DNA from: Catajapyx aquilonaris
Taxonomy: Eukaryota
Assembly (NCBI GenBank): GCA_000934665.2
Contig: KZ538214.1
Span: 1 to 64,000, forward strand
Length of the DNA stretch: 64,000 nt
Direction: 5' to 3'
The translations under genes and the position numbers were made by a program. The notes under the pieces are model-generated. The model was not told where the DNA came from. It was given only the letters and a program-made list of their open reading frames with translations, and did no database searches. Positions 23,101 through 34,500 of the stretch are shown piece by piece. Within the stretch, counting starts at the first letter, position 1; every line of letters starts with the position of its first letter.

Positions 23101-25524
23101 ATATATCTGCCGTATTGTCTTTGCCAGATTGGTGCTGTAAATTCAGACCCTGGCAGAGTGCAGGTTCGTGTCTTGGAGTTTATCTTCCTTCGCGTTTAAT
23201 ATGCAACCCTCCAGGTATATACGGAGCTGTATTCCGGTTGCAGTATACAGGGAGGAATCTGTCTTCGGAGACCGGCCTCTGGAGGCTTTTAAAATTGCAA
23301 ATTGCGAGCAGTGAGAATTTACGGTCGGGACTTTGCTCTCATTATGTGCTCTGCCCACATAGTTTTTTTTTCCACCCTCGACACGTGCTGTAGCATATAT
23401 ACGCCTCTTCACACACTAAAACCAGGCACACTCTCTCGGATGTCAATGGCATGGGAGAGTTTTCCACTAAGGGCAGCTATTGACGGGCTCTTCGAGCTGT
23501 ATCGACTGGAGATAACTTAGGTCCAGTATTGATTGTAAATACATCGGGGTGCCTGCAANGGGATCTGATGTGCGCAAGGTCATTGTGGGGACTCTTATGG
23601 GACATATGGGGAGGTGGGCAAACAAAAGCTGGAAGAGGGTTTGAACTCTGAACTCGGGATGGGTTTGCTTGTTGGTCACACGTTTTGCTTATCGTGGAGA
23701 GCAGTGATCACGCGCGGAATTATTGGGGACGTGAAGGTTGACTCTTTTTTTGAAACGTGTTTGGCGAGGGATACTTCAGATAAGAGCCTATAAGTTAAGC
23801 TGGCAGATAACTGAAGATTTGGTGCTGTGAATGTTTTATAAAAACCAGCATTAACATTCTTATTTTTGGGGCGTCAACAGAGATTAAGGCCCGTAAATAC
23901 ACGTTATTGTCCATAATTGGGAAATGTGTCATTGTGGTTCCATGCAGATAATGCACATTGCTCAATTGGAGATTGTGCTAATGAACTTATAGCGTGTGGA
24001 ACAGCTATAGAACATCCCGAGTTCTACGACATGTGTCCGTGGGTGGAAATTCTCATAAACAGGAATGGCACTTGAAGGTCGCAGTCTTTTCCGTGGAATT
24101 CATCCTGCAGCGTAGACGACCCGGAGTATTTTGATTTGCCCGGAAGTCGACTCTCCAGGGGCTGAGATTGGCCAAACCAGTCCGGAATAACTGCTATTAG
24201 CGAAATAGCATGTTCATTCCAATCATTGAATCTGTGTTGACAGGAGCGTTGTCCCACCCTCTTGGCCCGCCGAGATTATAAGCTCTGCCCAGAATGTGAA
24301 TATGCCTCTCACTTTCTCAGGGATACGGTTTTCACTACCTACATTCGAGAAAGCGAAAGATAGCATGACAAATTGGGTAACTTGTCATCCTTTTGTACCT
24401 CATTTGCACTGCCATTGTTGATGTGTGAAAATACATATTTTATTTCACACTTTAAAGAATGGCCCGTTTTTTTTTAATGCAGGGTAATTGCAACGAGGCG
24501 TTTATTGACCCAAATGCCTCGATTGTCTTGTCTCGTCAGATTTGTCATGCCACTTGGATTGAATACTTGGAACAGCTTGAATTATGGATAAGTTTAAGGA
24601 AGGCCCAGGCCCTAATATGCACAACTGGATAATGATATACCGCATGCATACCAGCTTGTCAATCAGTACATTCCAAGTCCCTTTTGATTAAGAGTCACTT
24701 GGTTTAAACCGCCAGTTAAGCAGTCCAGTGAATCTCATCATGTGCTCTTCTTCTGCTTTACTCGACAGGTGATAGACTTCGGGTCGAGCTGTTACGAACA
24801 CCAGAGGGTGTACACGTACATCCAGTCGAGGTTCTACAGGGCGCCCGAGGTGATCCTGGGAGCGAGGTACGGCATGCCCATCGACATGTGGAGCCTGGGT
24901 TGCATCCTGGCCGAGCTGCTGACGGGCTACCCTCTGCTTCCTGGAGAGGACGAAGGTGACCAGCTGGCCTGCATCATGGAGCTCCTGGGGATGCCCCCTC
25001 CGAAGCTGCTGGACCAGGCCAAGCGGGCCAAGAACTTTATCAGCTCCAAGGGCTACCCGCGGTACTGCACGCTGACCACTCTTCCGGACGGTTGCATGGG
25101 TCTGAGCGGGGGCAGGTCGCGCAGGGGCAAGCCCAGGGGCCCGCCCGGATCCAAGGACCTCCAGACCGCGCTGAAAGGGTGCGAGGACCCGCTCTTCCTG
25201 GACTTTCTCCGGAGGTGTCTCGAGTGGGACCCGGGTCTGCGGATGACCCCTTCGGCCGCCCTGAGGCACACGTGGCTGCGGAGACGGCTCCCGAGGCCGC
25301 CGGCTACCGAAAAGGGGGACAAAAGCCCGATGGCCACCTTGAGGACGGCCATCTCCCTTCGGAGCACGGCCAGCAGCAAGACTCTCAACACCATCGGTAG
25401 CGGGAGTGGTGTGAGTGCCAAAGTGCGTCCGGCCCTTGCTGACGACGGCTCCAGTACCTACCACTCCAGTAGACATACCCATCACGCAACCAAACTGCCA
25501 CAGATCTCGAACAGCATAACTTAA
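12822..25524 (+). CDS. DYRK2: Dual-specificity tyrosine-phosphorylation-regulated kinase, class 2 (DYRK2/3 orthologue); exons 12822-14159 and 24769-25524; 697 aa
   Basis: NAPA region ([30 protein letters not shown]), DH box ([20 protein letters not shown]), [25 protein letters not shown], activation loop [14 protein letters not shown], and class-2 insert [22 protein letters not shown]. One phase-0 intron (AAG|GTAAAA..GACAG|GTG). In-frame stop at 12801-12803 upstream of the ATG. Confidence 0.95.
22017..22091. mobile_element. 75-bp Tc1/mariner-type mini-MITE
   Basis: TA-CAGGGTGAG ... CTCACCCTG-TA. Confidence 0.6.
24769..25524 (+). CDS. DYRK2: DYRK2 coding exon 2 (kinase C-lobe and tail)
   Basis: [27 protein letters not shown]...ALRHTWL...ISNSIT*. 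Polypyrimidine tract and CAG acceptor at 24766-24768. Confidence 0.95.
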   Translation: MIDFGSSCYEHQRVYTYIQSRFYRAPEVILGARYGMPIDMWSLGCILAELLTGYPLLPGEDEGDQLACIMELLGMPPPKLLDQAKRAKNFISSKGYPRYCTLTTLPDGCMGLSGGRSRRGKPRGPPGSKDLQTALKGCEDPLFLDFLRRCLEWDPGLRMTPSAALRHTWLRRRLPRPPATEKGDKSPMATLRTAISLRSTASSKTLNTIGSGSGVSAKVRPALADDGSSTYHSSRHTHHATKLPQISNSIT

Positions 25525-28500
25525 CCCCCGTTTCCGATCTAAGTGATTTTTTAAAAAAAAGAAAAGAAAAAAAGGCGGCAGCTCTCTTTACTCGAAACTC
25601 TGTCTTCTTTTTTTCTTTGTACTTTTGTCTCGTCTCTCTACCTCCATCCGTGGCGCTACCGGATCCTCCGACTGAACCCCTCAGGGCCTGACCTCACTCT
25701 CTGCAGAGCGGCACCAGGTACTACGAGTCTAGTATCATGCGGAGCTAAAAAGTTGATTTATAATTCCTTTTTTAAATAATTGTCTATCGGATTTATTAAA
25801 AAAATTTAGAGAAACAGTACCTTCTGCTGGTCAGTAACGTTACTGTTTTTTTTATTGCTTTCTTTCACTACAGCCCCTGATGGAGGAGGATTCGTAGCAA
25901 GTGACATGCTCGTCACGTAGAGTGAACCAATCCCGACGGCGGAGTGGCCGTCACTTACTAGGTTGTGTGATATTCTAGAGTGGCCGAAGTTTTGCCCCCN
26001 CCCCCCCCCCTTCCCGTGCGTTGCTTTAGCAGCTTCTGTGATTTTGGTCCTGGTCCATACCCCGCCCAGTCCTCCTCCTCCCCCAAAAAAGCACTGTGTG
26101 GTGTGCTGTTCCTCATCACCCCCAATCTCTTCCCGTGTCTCCCAAAGGCTCACATCCTAATCCCACATTTGAAGATCTCATGCGATAATCTCGATGGCGA
26201 AAAAAAAAGAAGAGTACCGTCCGCAAGCAGCGTGCTACGATTTTTTTAAAACAAATTAAAGTGACGGACTTGATCCCCGTTGGACCCAAAAATGGCTGGT
26301 GGTGCACCAAAAACACAAGAGATTCGTGACGGAAATGGTGGTCGAGTTTTTTTTTTTTTTGCACTGTGTGTATGGCATTTTTTTGTATACGTAAACCTGT
26401 ATTTGACAAAAGTGATACCAGTGCACAAGGGATCAAAATGTGCAACAGTCAACCAAACCAAAAAAACCAAAGCTTCCCTGCTCCAAAATAAAACCCTCCT
26501 CTTCCCTCCCGACCCTCCTTTTTTCTGTTTGCTCTGTGGACAGCATGTGTAAGTTTTATTACACATGACGAGTCAAAGTGAGAGTGCAGCTAGGTGCATT
26601 TTTTAAATGTTTCCCTCCGGTTGCGTATCAAAGCATAATAGACTTTAAAAATGTGAAATCTCAGTTCGTCCTGTTGCTTGTTTGGTGAGTGTAAAATCTG
26701 GATTAAATTTTTTTTTTTTGCGCGGAATTCTCAATAAGTGGTGGGGTCGTCATTATATTCGTTTAATTTTCTAATTACGAATTGGCCTGTATAGGATCGA
26801 GAGGTGTTATAGAAACGTTTGGGTGGCCTTTAGCAGTGTAATGATTTAGTTCTGAGGAATTAGCTGCAGGGGATTTTTTGAGAGAGAGAAAAACAGCAAC
26901 TCATTTTGACATCATTTCCCTTTCTGGGTTAATGCCAAGCCGGATCAAAGATCTAGATGTTTTGTAGATGTGTCATGCTGCTAATGAGTTGGTGCTTGCT
27001 GTGACATTTCATTTCTAGAAGGTGTTGACGAAGTAACAAGTGGTAAGCAAAGTGTTTCCTACCTAACCATGTTTTTGGTACCGTATTTTAGGTAGTCTGC
27101 AGGCATTTTTTTGGACAGGTGATGATACCTTCTAGATATGAGGACAAGTTGGGGGTGTACAAATTTTTATTATTCACATGGGATTATTTCCGCCAGGATT
27201 GTATGTGGAGACGACTTTTTTTTAATTTATTAAAAAATAATAATCGTCTTCCAATACTTGAAAACGTAACGATTTGGATATTTTTCTTAACGTCTTCTAG
27301 AAGCTGGAAATTTTCGAGGCTGCTCTATTCTAAACGGCCATCATGCACCACTTGACAAATTACTGATTAAAAATGCAACCGTTTTGTGTTAGTGGCCTCT
27401 ATAGGACGCTAAGCGACGTTCCTTCCCCGAGAAATCAAATCCCTTTGTGCGTGTAAATTGTGACTTTTTGTTTAGTTAATCGAGTCCCTGTCACTCTAGA
27501 TGAGATTTCTGGTATTGCTGCCATGTGATATATAGAGCGAATTCTGTACCGTTCAGGCACTGCATTCATAGGTTGTTCTTTTTTTCCGTGGCTCAACTGC
27601 AGTAGTTGGAGTGGATTGTTTTTCATAATCAATGTAGGAAGAAATGGATGGGAAAGTTTTTTTTACGTAATCGGTTGCTGCCGTTGGGGGGGGGCCATTT
27701 TTAGCCAGGTGTTTTTACTATTTAAAAAAATATATATGAGAAAAAATGTGGCAGTGACAAACAAGCCAAGAGTATTGCCTGTCGACACAGTTGTACGGGT
27801 GATAATTCAGATTTTACTCTGCAGCGATATTGCAGTGTGTTTTTTTTTTTTTAAGTTTCCCTTTTTATTTATTTTAACTAAAAATAATGACAACTGAAAG
27901 AGATTTGCTCCATTGTAACTCACGTGCAATCGCTATGTCGATTGAAAACAATGTTTTTAAAGAAAAACCCAGTGCATTGTGTGCATTGGCTGCTGAGCAA
28001 GGCAGAAAATTGAAAAATTGTACATATTGAAATGAATAACCATGCTTTTTGCACAATTGCATGAAATTTTTTTAGTTGAGTCAATAGCATGTAGGTTGCT
28101 ATTTAGTACAGCGTCCAAAAAATGTGTAGCCTGACTGGCATCCTGTCAGGTCTCTCCCTCTGAAATACCCCCCATTTGTATTGTAATTAATTATTAATTA
28201 TTATTATACCAAGAAAAACTTCTTTTTTTTTGTTGACATGTGTCACAAGGCATTTTGATGCCTCGTTTTATATTTGTGATAATTTTACCTCCTCAATTTT
28301 ATTTTATTTTGACCACCACCACCATCACCACCGAAAAGAAATGGAATTTGCTTTTGCGGTGTAGTGTGCATCATTTATGATTGGGTGGGGGAAAAGAAAA
28401 AATCCACCTTGTGAGGCAACCTGTAGTCAATTAAATGTGCATTCTCCTGAATTGCAGTCTTTCTGTCTGTCAATATCTCAACCGAACGACCACTCCCAAT

Positions 28501-31500
28501 CATTTACTCATTTACTGAGAACCGTTTTGTTTTTTTTTCTTCGGCTCCTTTCTGTGGAAAAGCTCGATTCTGTACCTTCAGCCCAGGTTCATCCTGCTAA
28601 TCTTCAATGGTAAGTACAAACCATTTTTGTTCTCTTATTCTATTGAAGCCTGGAATAATTTCAAGCATGCTGACTATGAATAATGAGTGGTTCAGTAATT
28701 AAGGCCTGTTTGTTAAGTAATTGATAGATATTCGTAATATCACTGATGGATTTATGAGTTGAGGTAACATGTGGAGTAGATTTTGCTGATTCCACAGTCC
28801 AGCTTGGAAGTAATATTAGCCATATACTGCAGGCATTTCGGACTATGCTCATTATTATTAAGTTAATATCGATTTTCTTTGCCGGACAACAGAACACAGT
28901 CGATGGGGGGAAAGGGAGCGTGGACACTAGGGGGCATCAATAATGCAGCATTTACTGTTGAACCACGGCCATATTGTGTAGGCCGCATTCTAGAATCGAC
29001 ATTGGCCTGCAATACCCCCGTTTTTTTAAAATTATAATAAAATGAACTTGCATTTGACTTGCCCTCGTTACCCTGCATGTCTCAATTGTGCAGTTTACAA
29101 GTACTTGGCGTGTTTACCCCGGCTCTATCTCAAAAGCGCCGACCAGTGTTAAGTGTGTCCGGGCATGTGCGTGCATGTGCGGCTGCCAAGAGCCCCTAAG
29201 CTTCCGCGATGGAAACACTGCCAGCGTCCGCTCAGGAAGCAGCAGATGCCCACTGCGGAAAGGTCAGTGATTTGCAAGTCAAAAAATTGGCACAATGTTG
29301 AACAAAATTTGTATAAAAGCGAGGGGTGGGTGACCCTGCAAAAAAAAAAGGGATGCGTGGGGGCTGCCATGTTGAGGTCTCAGCTGATTGGAAGAAGGTG
29401 GACAAGATGGAAGAGAGAAGGAAAGAACAACAACAAAAAAGAGAAGGGGAAGCTCGAGGCCAAGCAGGCGAAAGAGTAGGGTCGGTGATTTCAGGACTGG
29501 CCTCTGGGTTGGGGATTGGCTCCAGGGCGGACAAAGGACTTAAAAAAGAGGAGGGGGAGGGGGTGGGGTGTTTGGATTTATGGGCACGGTTCGTCATGAT
29601 CGTGTTGCCAAGTCAGACATGTCTAGGTGCAGATTAGATGCGCATTGCGTCACCATTTTTCAGGCTGGGGAGATCCTATTTTTTGGTGGGTCCAGTCTGA
29701 TGCACAGGATGTTCCCTCGGATTGTAATGATAGGCTGAGAATTTTAAAAAAAAGGTAGGAGGTGTGGTTAGGCAGGTGCAGAGTGTTGAGCTAACAGTAC
29801 AAATCAGTGCTTACACCTGCTCGATTTGGGCCAGCTGGTCAGCGCTTTTAAGAAGTCAGCAGAGTCGTGTACACGGTACAGTCCAGAGCAAATACATGGC
29901 TGATGGACCCACAGTCAGAAACGTCAAAAGAGTTGGCTGTAACATTGGCGACAGGTGTGCACACAGCCAGATTAGTTCGCTAGCAAGTGTGTGGACATGA
30001 ATGTTGATTGTAGAGCCAACCTGGAGCGATTCAGGTGTGTGCAAAAACCGGAAAGTATGGCAACACCGGAGGGGAGGGGGGGACCGGAGTTCGGGACTCA
30101 CCTGGTAACAAGAGCCCTCGATCCTCACCTTTTTCCTACCTTCTTCTTTCCATACAAGCCCCAGAAAAGTTTCTTTGTGGGGATCATTTTCTTTCTCTGC
30201 CAAGGTCGATGGCAGTTGCATGAAGTCCGGTGCTTTTTTTTTTCCTTCTTCTTCTTCTTCCCAAGGTCCGATTTATACACGGCCTTGCTTTTGCTGACTG
30301 CTTGTATCCCATGGCTGTGGCAAGTGGTGTCACAGTCTGTTACAGTACTTGCACTTTGTGCTTTGCGGAAGTACACAGCACGTGCAGACCCGCGTTTATT
30401 GTCCCACGGGGCAATAACACGACCGTGTTTCATGTTATGCTGTGATGCTGAATCAATACTCCACGTCAGCTACTGTATCGCATTTCGAGTCGTAAACTAG
30501 TCGTAAATTACAGGTTCATATTTGGTATAATTGCAGGCAATGTAAGGACGGAATAACGCTGTTTTATTCGGTGCATTGGGTGTATTGAAATGCAAAGTTG
30601 GCTTCTTATTGAAGGGTACAGGTGCTGGTGCGGTTGCCAAAAACCTCGAGAGTAAAATTTGTTTTGGACCGTCGGACAAGGCCATGCTGCAATAGTGTGT
30701 ACTCAAGGGGGAAGTATTTTATTTTCTTATGTGACTTAGAAGAGAACTTTTTTTTTACAAGCAGCGTGAAATTAGAAGTGACCATAATTGTTGGTGGAAA
30801 GAATTGAGTTTTTTTTCCCCCTTTCTTTCTCCCAGAGAAAAGGGACGTGATGTACTGCAATGGGTGTGGGGGCCTCCGAACTTGATGAAAATGTATGATA
30901 GCGACCTCGACTCTGGTTGATTTAAGCAACACGTATCCGTCCGATTATGCAATTGAGTCCATTCATCCCTGTAGCACCTGGGTCCATGGGGCGAGAAGCT
31001 GAATAAGACGGCTGGGGACAAAAAGGATCGATCTCCCAATCTCTTAGTACCATCTCCAGCAGGCGAATCCAGGTTATCAATGCAGGAAGTGGCAAGTTGC
31101 ATCTGGTTGCTCACGACCATATCTATCAAAATGGAAGTGGAAAGAAATAGATTTCAAAAATCATCCAACATTGCACCTAGTCGAGACAACTTCCTGGATA
31201 ATTTTCAGTTTTGGAAGAGCAGACTTGCAAGGGACCTCCTTACGAATGTAAATTCCCTCTGGAAAAGCTCCTGGGAGAGATGGCACCTTGCCCATCCCCA
31301 GCAACCCTTCTGCTAACTTTGGGATCGACTATTAGCGGGACCCGAAATCAGTTGGACAAAGTGGGCGCCCCCAGACTCTACGACTAGTCTGGACAGTTCC
31401 GTCAAGTGATGATATTTTAGAAAGTTGTTACCGGGTCGGACTGATCCTATTGGAAGCGTCCTTAGACTGCAGTCTAGCCTAGTTGGCAAGCCTTGTTGCA

Positions 31501-34500
31501 GATGCGCCGGAAGAGAATTGGCATTAATGCTGTCCAATTGTGTGAGCTTGACACGAAACGTGACAAGAGGTTGCCAAATGTGTCGTTTGCTATGAGGACA
31601 GCCTGGTTACTCTTAAAAAAAACTGTATATGTAAAAAAAAAATTAATTCAACAACCCTCGTCGGTGTTTACACCAGTGTTTATTTAGTTAAAAAAGACTA
31701 ACACCCGGAAGCTGCACGTGGCTACACCCCAGTTGACATCCAGATTGATGGCAAAAAAATACAGATCAACACGTGTTGGGGGCGTCCAAAAATACAGCGT
31801 CAAAAAGTGCAGAATTCTGACGTGTTTCTTCAAAAATGGATGGACCTTTTTTTTGTTAGTACGGCAAGGGTAAATGACTGGCTGGATCGGAAACCTCCTG
31901 GCTTCTTCTCATGGAGTGGTTGAGAGGAGGGGTGGATGATACACAAGATAGTGTGTTTTTATTCCCAGGGAAGGTAGCGGAGCGTGTCGTCTCTTAACTC
32001 TCAGCTCTCACCCTCCACTGCACGTGCCTTGTGGGATCTAAAAATGCTCCTCTCCCATCCTCTTGTTCTTTGCTTGATTTACACCAACTTGATAAATGGT
32101 CTGGATGGAACATTTGCCTCCCCTTCTCAAACCATCAGGAGTATAGTAACATGAAGGGGAAGCCATGTGTGTTTCATTGGAACACACATTAGTTTAGTGT
32201 CCAACTTAGGGAAGTATCTCGTCAACATTGAATAAGCAGCTTTCATTGTAGCATTTATTGAAAGAGCAACAACTCCGGAAATGCCAATTTGCCAATTTTA
32301 TATAATTGCACATCGTAGGTGTGGTTGTGGCAGTTAATAGGCACTTTGTCCCTGACACCCCGTCTTATAATCGCACGTAATCATTTTACAGGCTCATTAC
32401 CGGTAATTACGCACTAAAGTAATCCACACAGCAGTGGGTGGAAGCTTGGTGCGTGAGAATATATTTCTAGCCGTCCTAGCAACTGGCAATTTCCATGATG
32501 GCACCTCCCAAAAATAAGAGATCACCATTCGAAAAAAAAACCCTAGTTATTTACACTACCAACTCAGCGTTGAATGATGCAGATCTTATGCTATGCTGCC
32601 ATATGGAGCCAGCGTGACATGATCCCTTGGTTTTTGGTTGTGCCTTTTTTTGTGTGTGTGTGCCTCATAGGAACAAGCACCAGGACAAAGAAAAGGGGGG
32701 GCTCACTCTGAAACGAATCTCTACGGATGTTGGAACACCCCCCCCCCCCCCCCCCCCCNCCCCCCCCCGAGACCATTAGTCAAGCCATCGAATCAACAAA
32801 ACCCCAAAAAAGATCTCACATTTTCTGCCGCCTGACGAACGGTGTCGAGAATTTTTTTTGATACACCCTGTAGATTGGTTTCTGAAAACTCATCCGAGAG
32901 CTAGGTTAGCAGACTCGTCTTCTTTTTCACTTTTCTTGCTCTTGGTCGGGAAACTCGATCCCCGCGGGTTCTTTGGACGGGCAAAATTAGGCTGGGGCTG
33001 GCGGTCTGCCCGTTGGGGGTTTTGGCTTGTAGGGGGCTGTACAAGAGCCCCCGAGACGAGATGAGAAGAAAGAAGAAGTAAGAAAGAAAGAAAAAAAAAG
33101 AAGAAGCCCGGCAGCATAGCAAGAGCGGAAGTAGGGGGGGCGGCGTTGCCAAAATGTTTGCCTTCACCTGTCCCTTTGTTCCACCGACATGCACAGTCCA
33201 TTTAATGTATATATTTTTTTCAAAGGTGGAGAGAGCGATAAACCAATGATTTGATTCCTGCTGTTTACATGGGACGATTTTTTTTCCACGGTTTTGTGTA
33301 TATTGTGAAGCAACAATGAGTGGTCTAACTATTTTTTTGTGTGGAGAAATTGAAAGTGTGCTTTTTTGTGTGGGCTCCGTAACCACAAAGTGAACAGTTG
33401 TATTTTGACCTGCTGTGTGTGGCTAGAGGGCAAAATGTAACATAATGCCATTTGCGTGTGTGGTAATTTAAATGACTCGACACGGTATCGGAATGTTTGT
33501 TTAATAAATTACGTGCAGTCAGTTAATTATCACCGGGCGTTGACAGTAATATACTGCACCGATAATGGCTTCATATTTTGTTGTTATTCGACTTATTTTT
33601 TTACATTACATATTTCATGTTTCCCAGCAGGCGTGAGCTTTGCCTCTCGGTTAATAACTGTATATACTGCATTAGTGCTATACACATTACACATTAGCCT
33701 ACTATCCAACTAGTAACGACCTCCATAACGTTAGTCCACATTATGTATACTTGAAAGGCACAAGGATATCTTCATATATTTTTTTTTATCTCCTTCCGTC
33801 TTCTGAGAACCTTGAAACTTCTTTTTTCGTAGTAGTAGGCTACTTCCACTTACAAGAGTGGTCATTGAGAAATGAATCATGTACATAGTAAACTATCTGC
33901 AAGCTGCTAAGGACTTTGTGGCGCAACCTGCATGCATCGAATATGTTAGGAGTGGATTTGAAAGTAGCATATTCATGTCACGGTCTCTCATGGAAAAATA
34001 AACAGCTCTTGATGCACTTCCGGCCGCCGGAGAAGGTGTGACTTGTGTGAATATTGCAAGTAGAATGTCGTTGCTCAACGACTTGATTAAACTATACTTT
34101 TATCCTTTGGGAACAGACTCGCGGTTTATGGACCTCATAACGCGGCGGTCGACACAAAAGTAATAACACAGTAAGTGAAAAGAACAATATTTACTTTCGC
34201 TGATAAGCCAGTTCATGTTATCCCTGCGGCCCTAACCTTTAATAATTGTAGGTTGAAGCCTAAAACCTTATCAACGCAGTGCAGTAATCCAAGCGTCACA
34301 TCGCCGCGTGGATAGCGAATCAAGAAAGGTGAAACTAAAACTATAATGATGCACCAAAATCAACACAAATGATAATAATACAGCGCCAAAAAATTGGGGG
34401 CAAAGAAATTAGTGCACATTTTCTCCAACGGGAATTAAATCATATAGTTTTATTTACTGTAATTGCATGGAGGTTTAATGAACATCATTTTTTTATTCCA

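Noticed and set aside
27972..27990. GTGCATTGTGTGCATTG resembling miR-33
   Set aside because: Indels relative to the mature miRNA and no complementary star arm.
29811..29870. Cys-TGA followed by a short open frame (possible selenocysteine or read-through)
   Set aside because: No selenoprotein similarity and no SECIS that I could identify. The ORF itself is unverified.
16031..32770. Single N bases, mostly in or beside long G/C homopolymers (16052, 18644, 19344, 19847, 23559, 26000, 32759)
   Set aside because: Most likely sequencing or assembly ambiguity. Run lengths are unreliable.
33520..33660. Weak inverted repeat (CAGTTAATTATCACCG / CGGTTAATAACTG)
   Set aside because: Too degenerate, with no clear TSD, to call an element.
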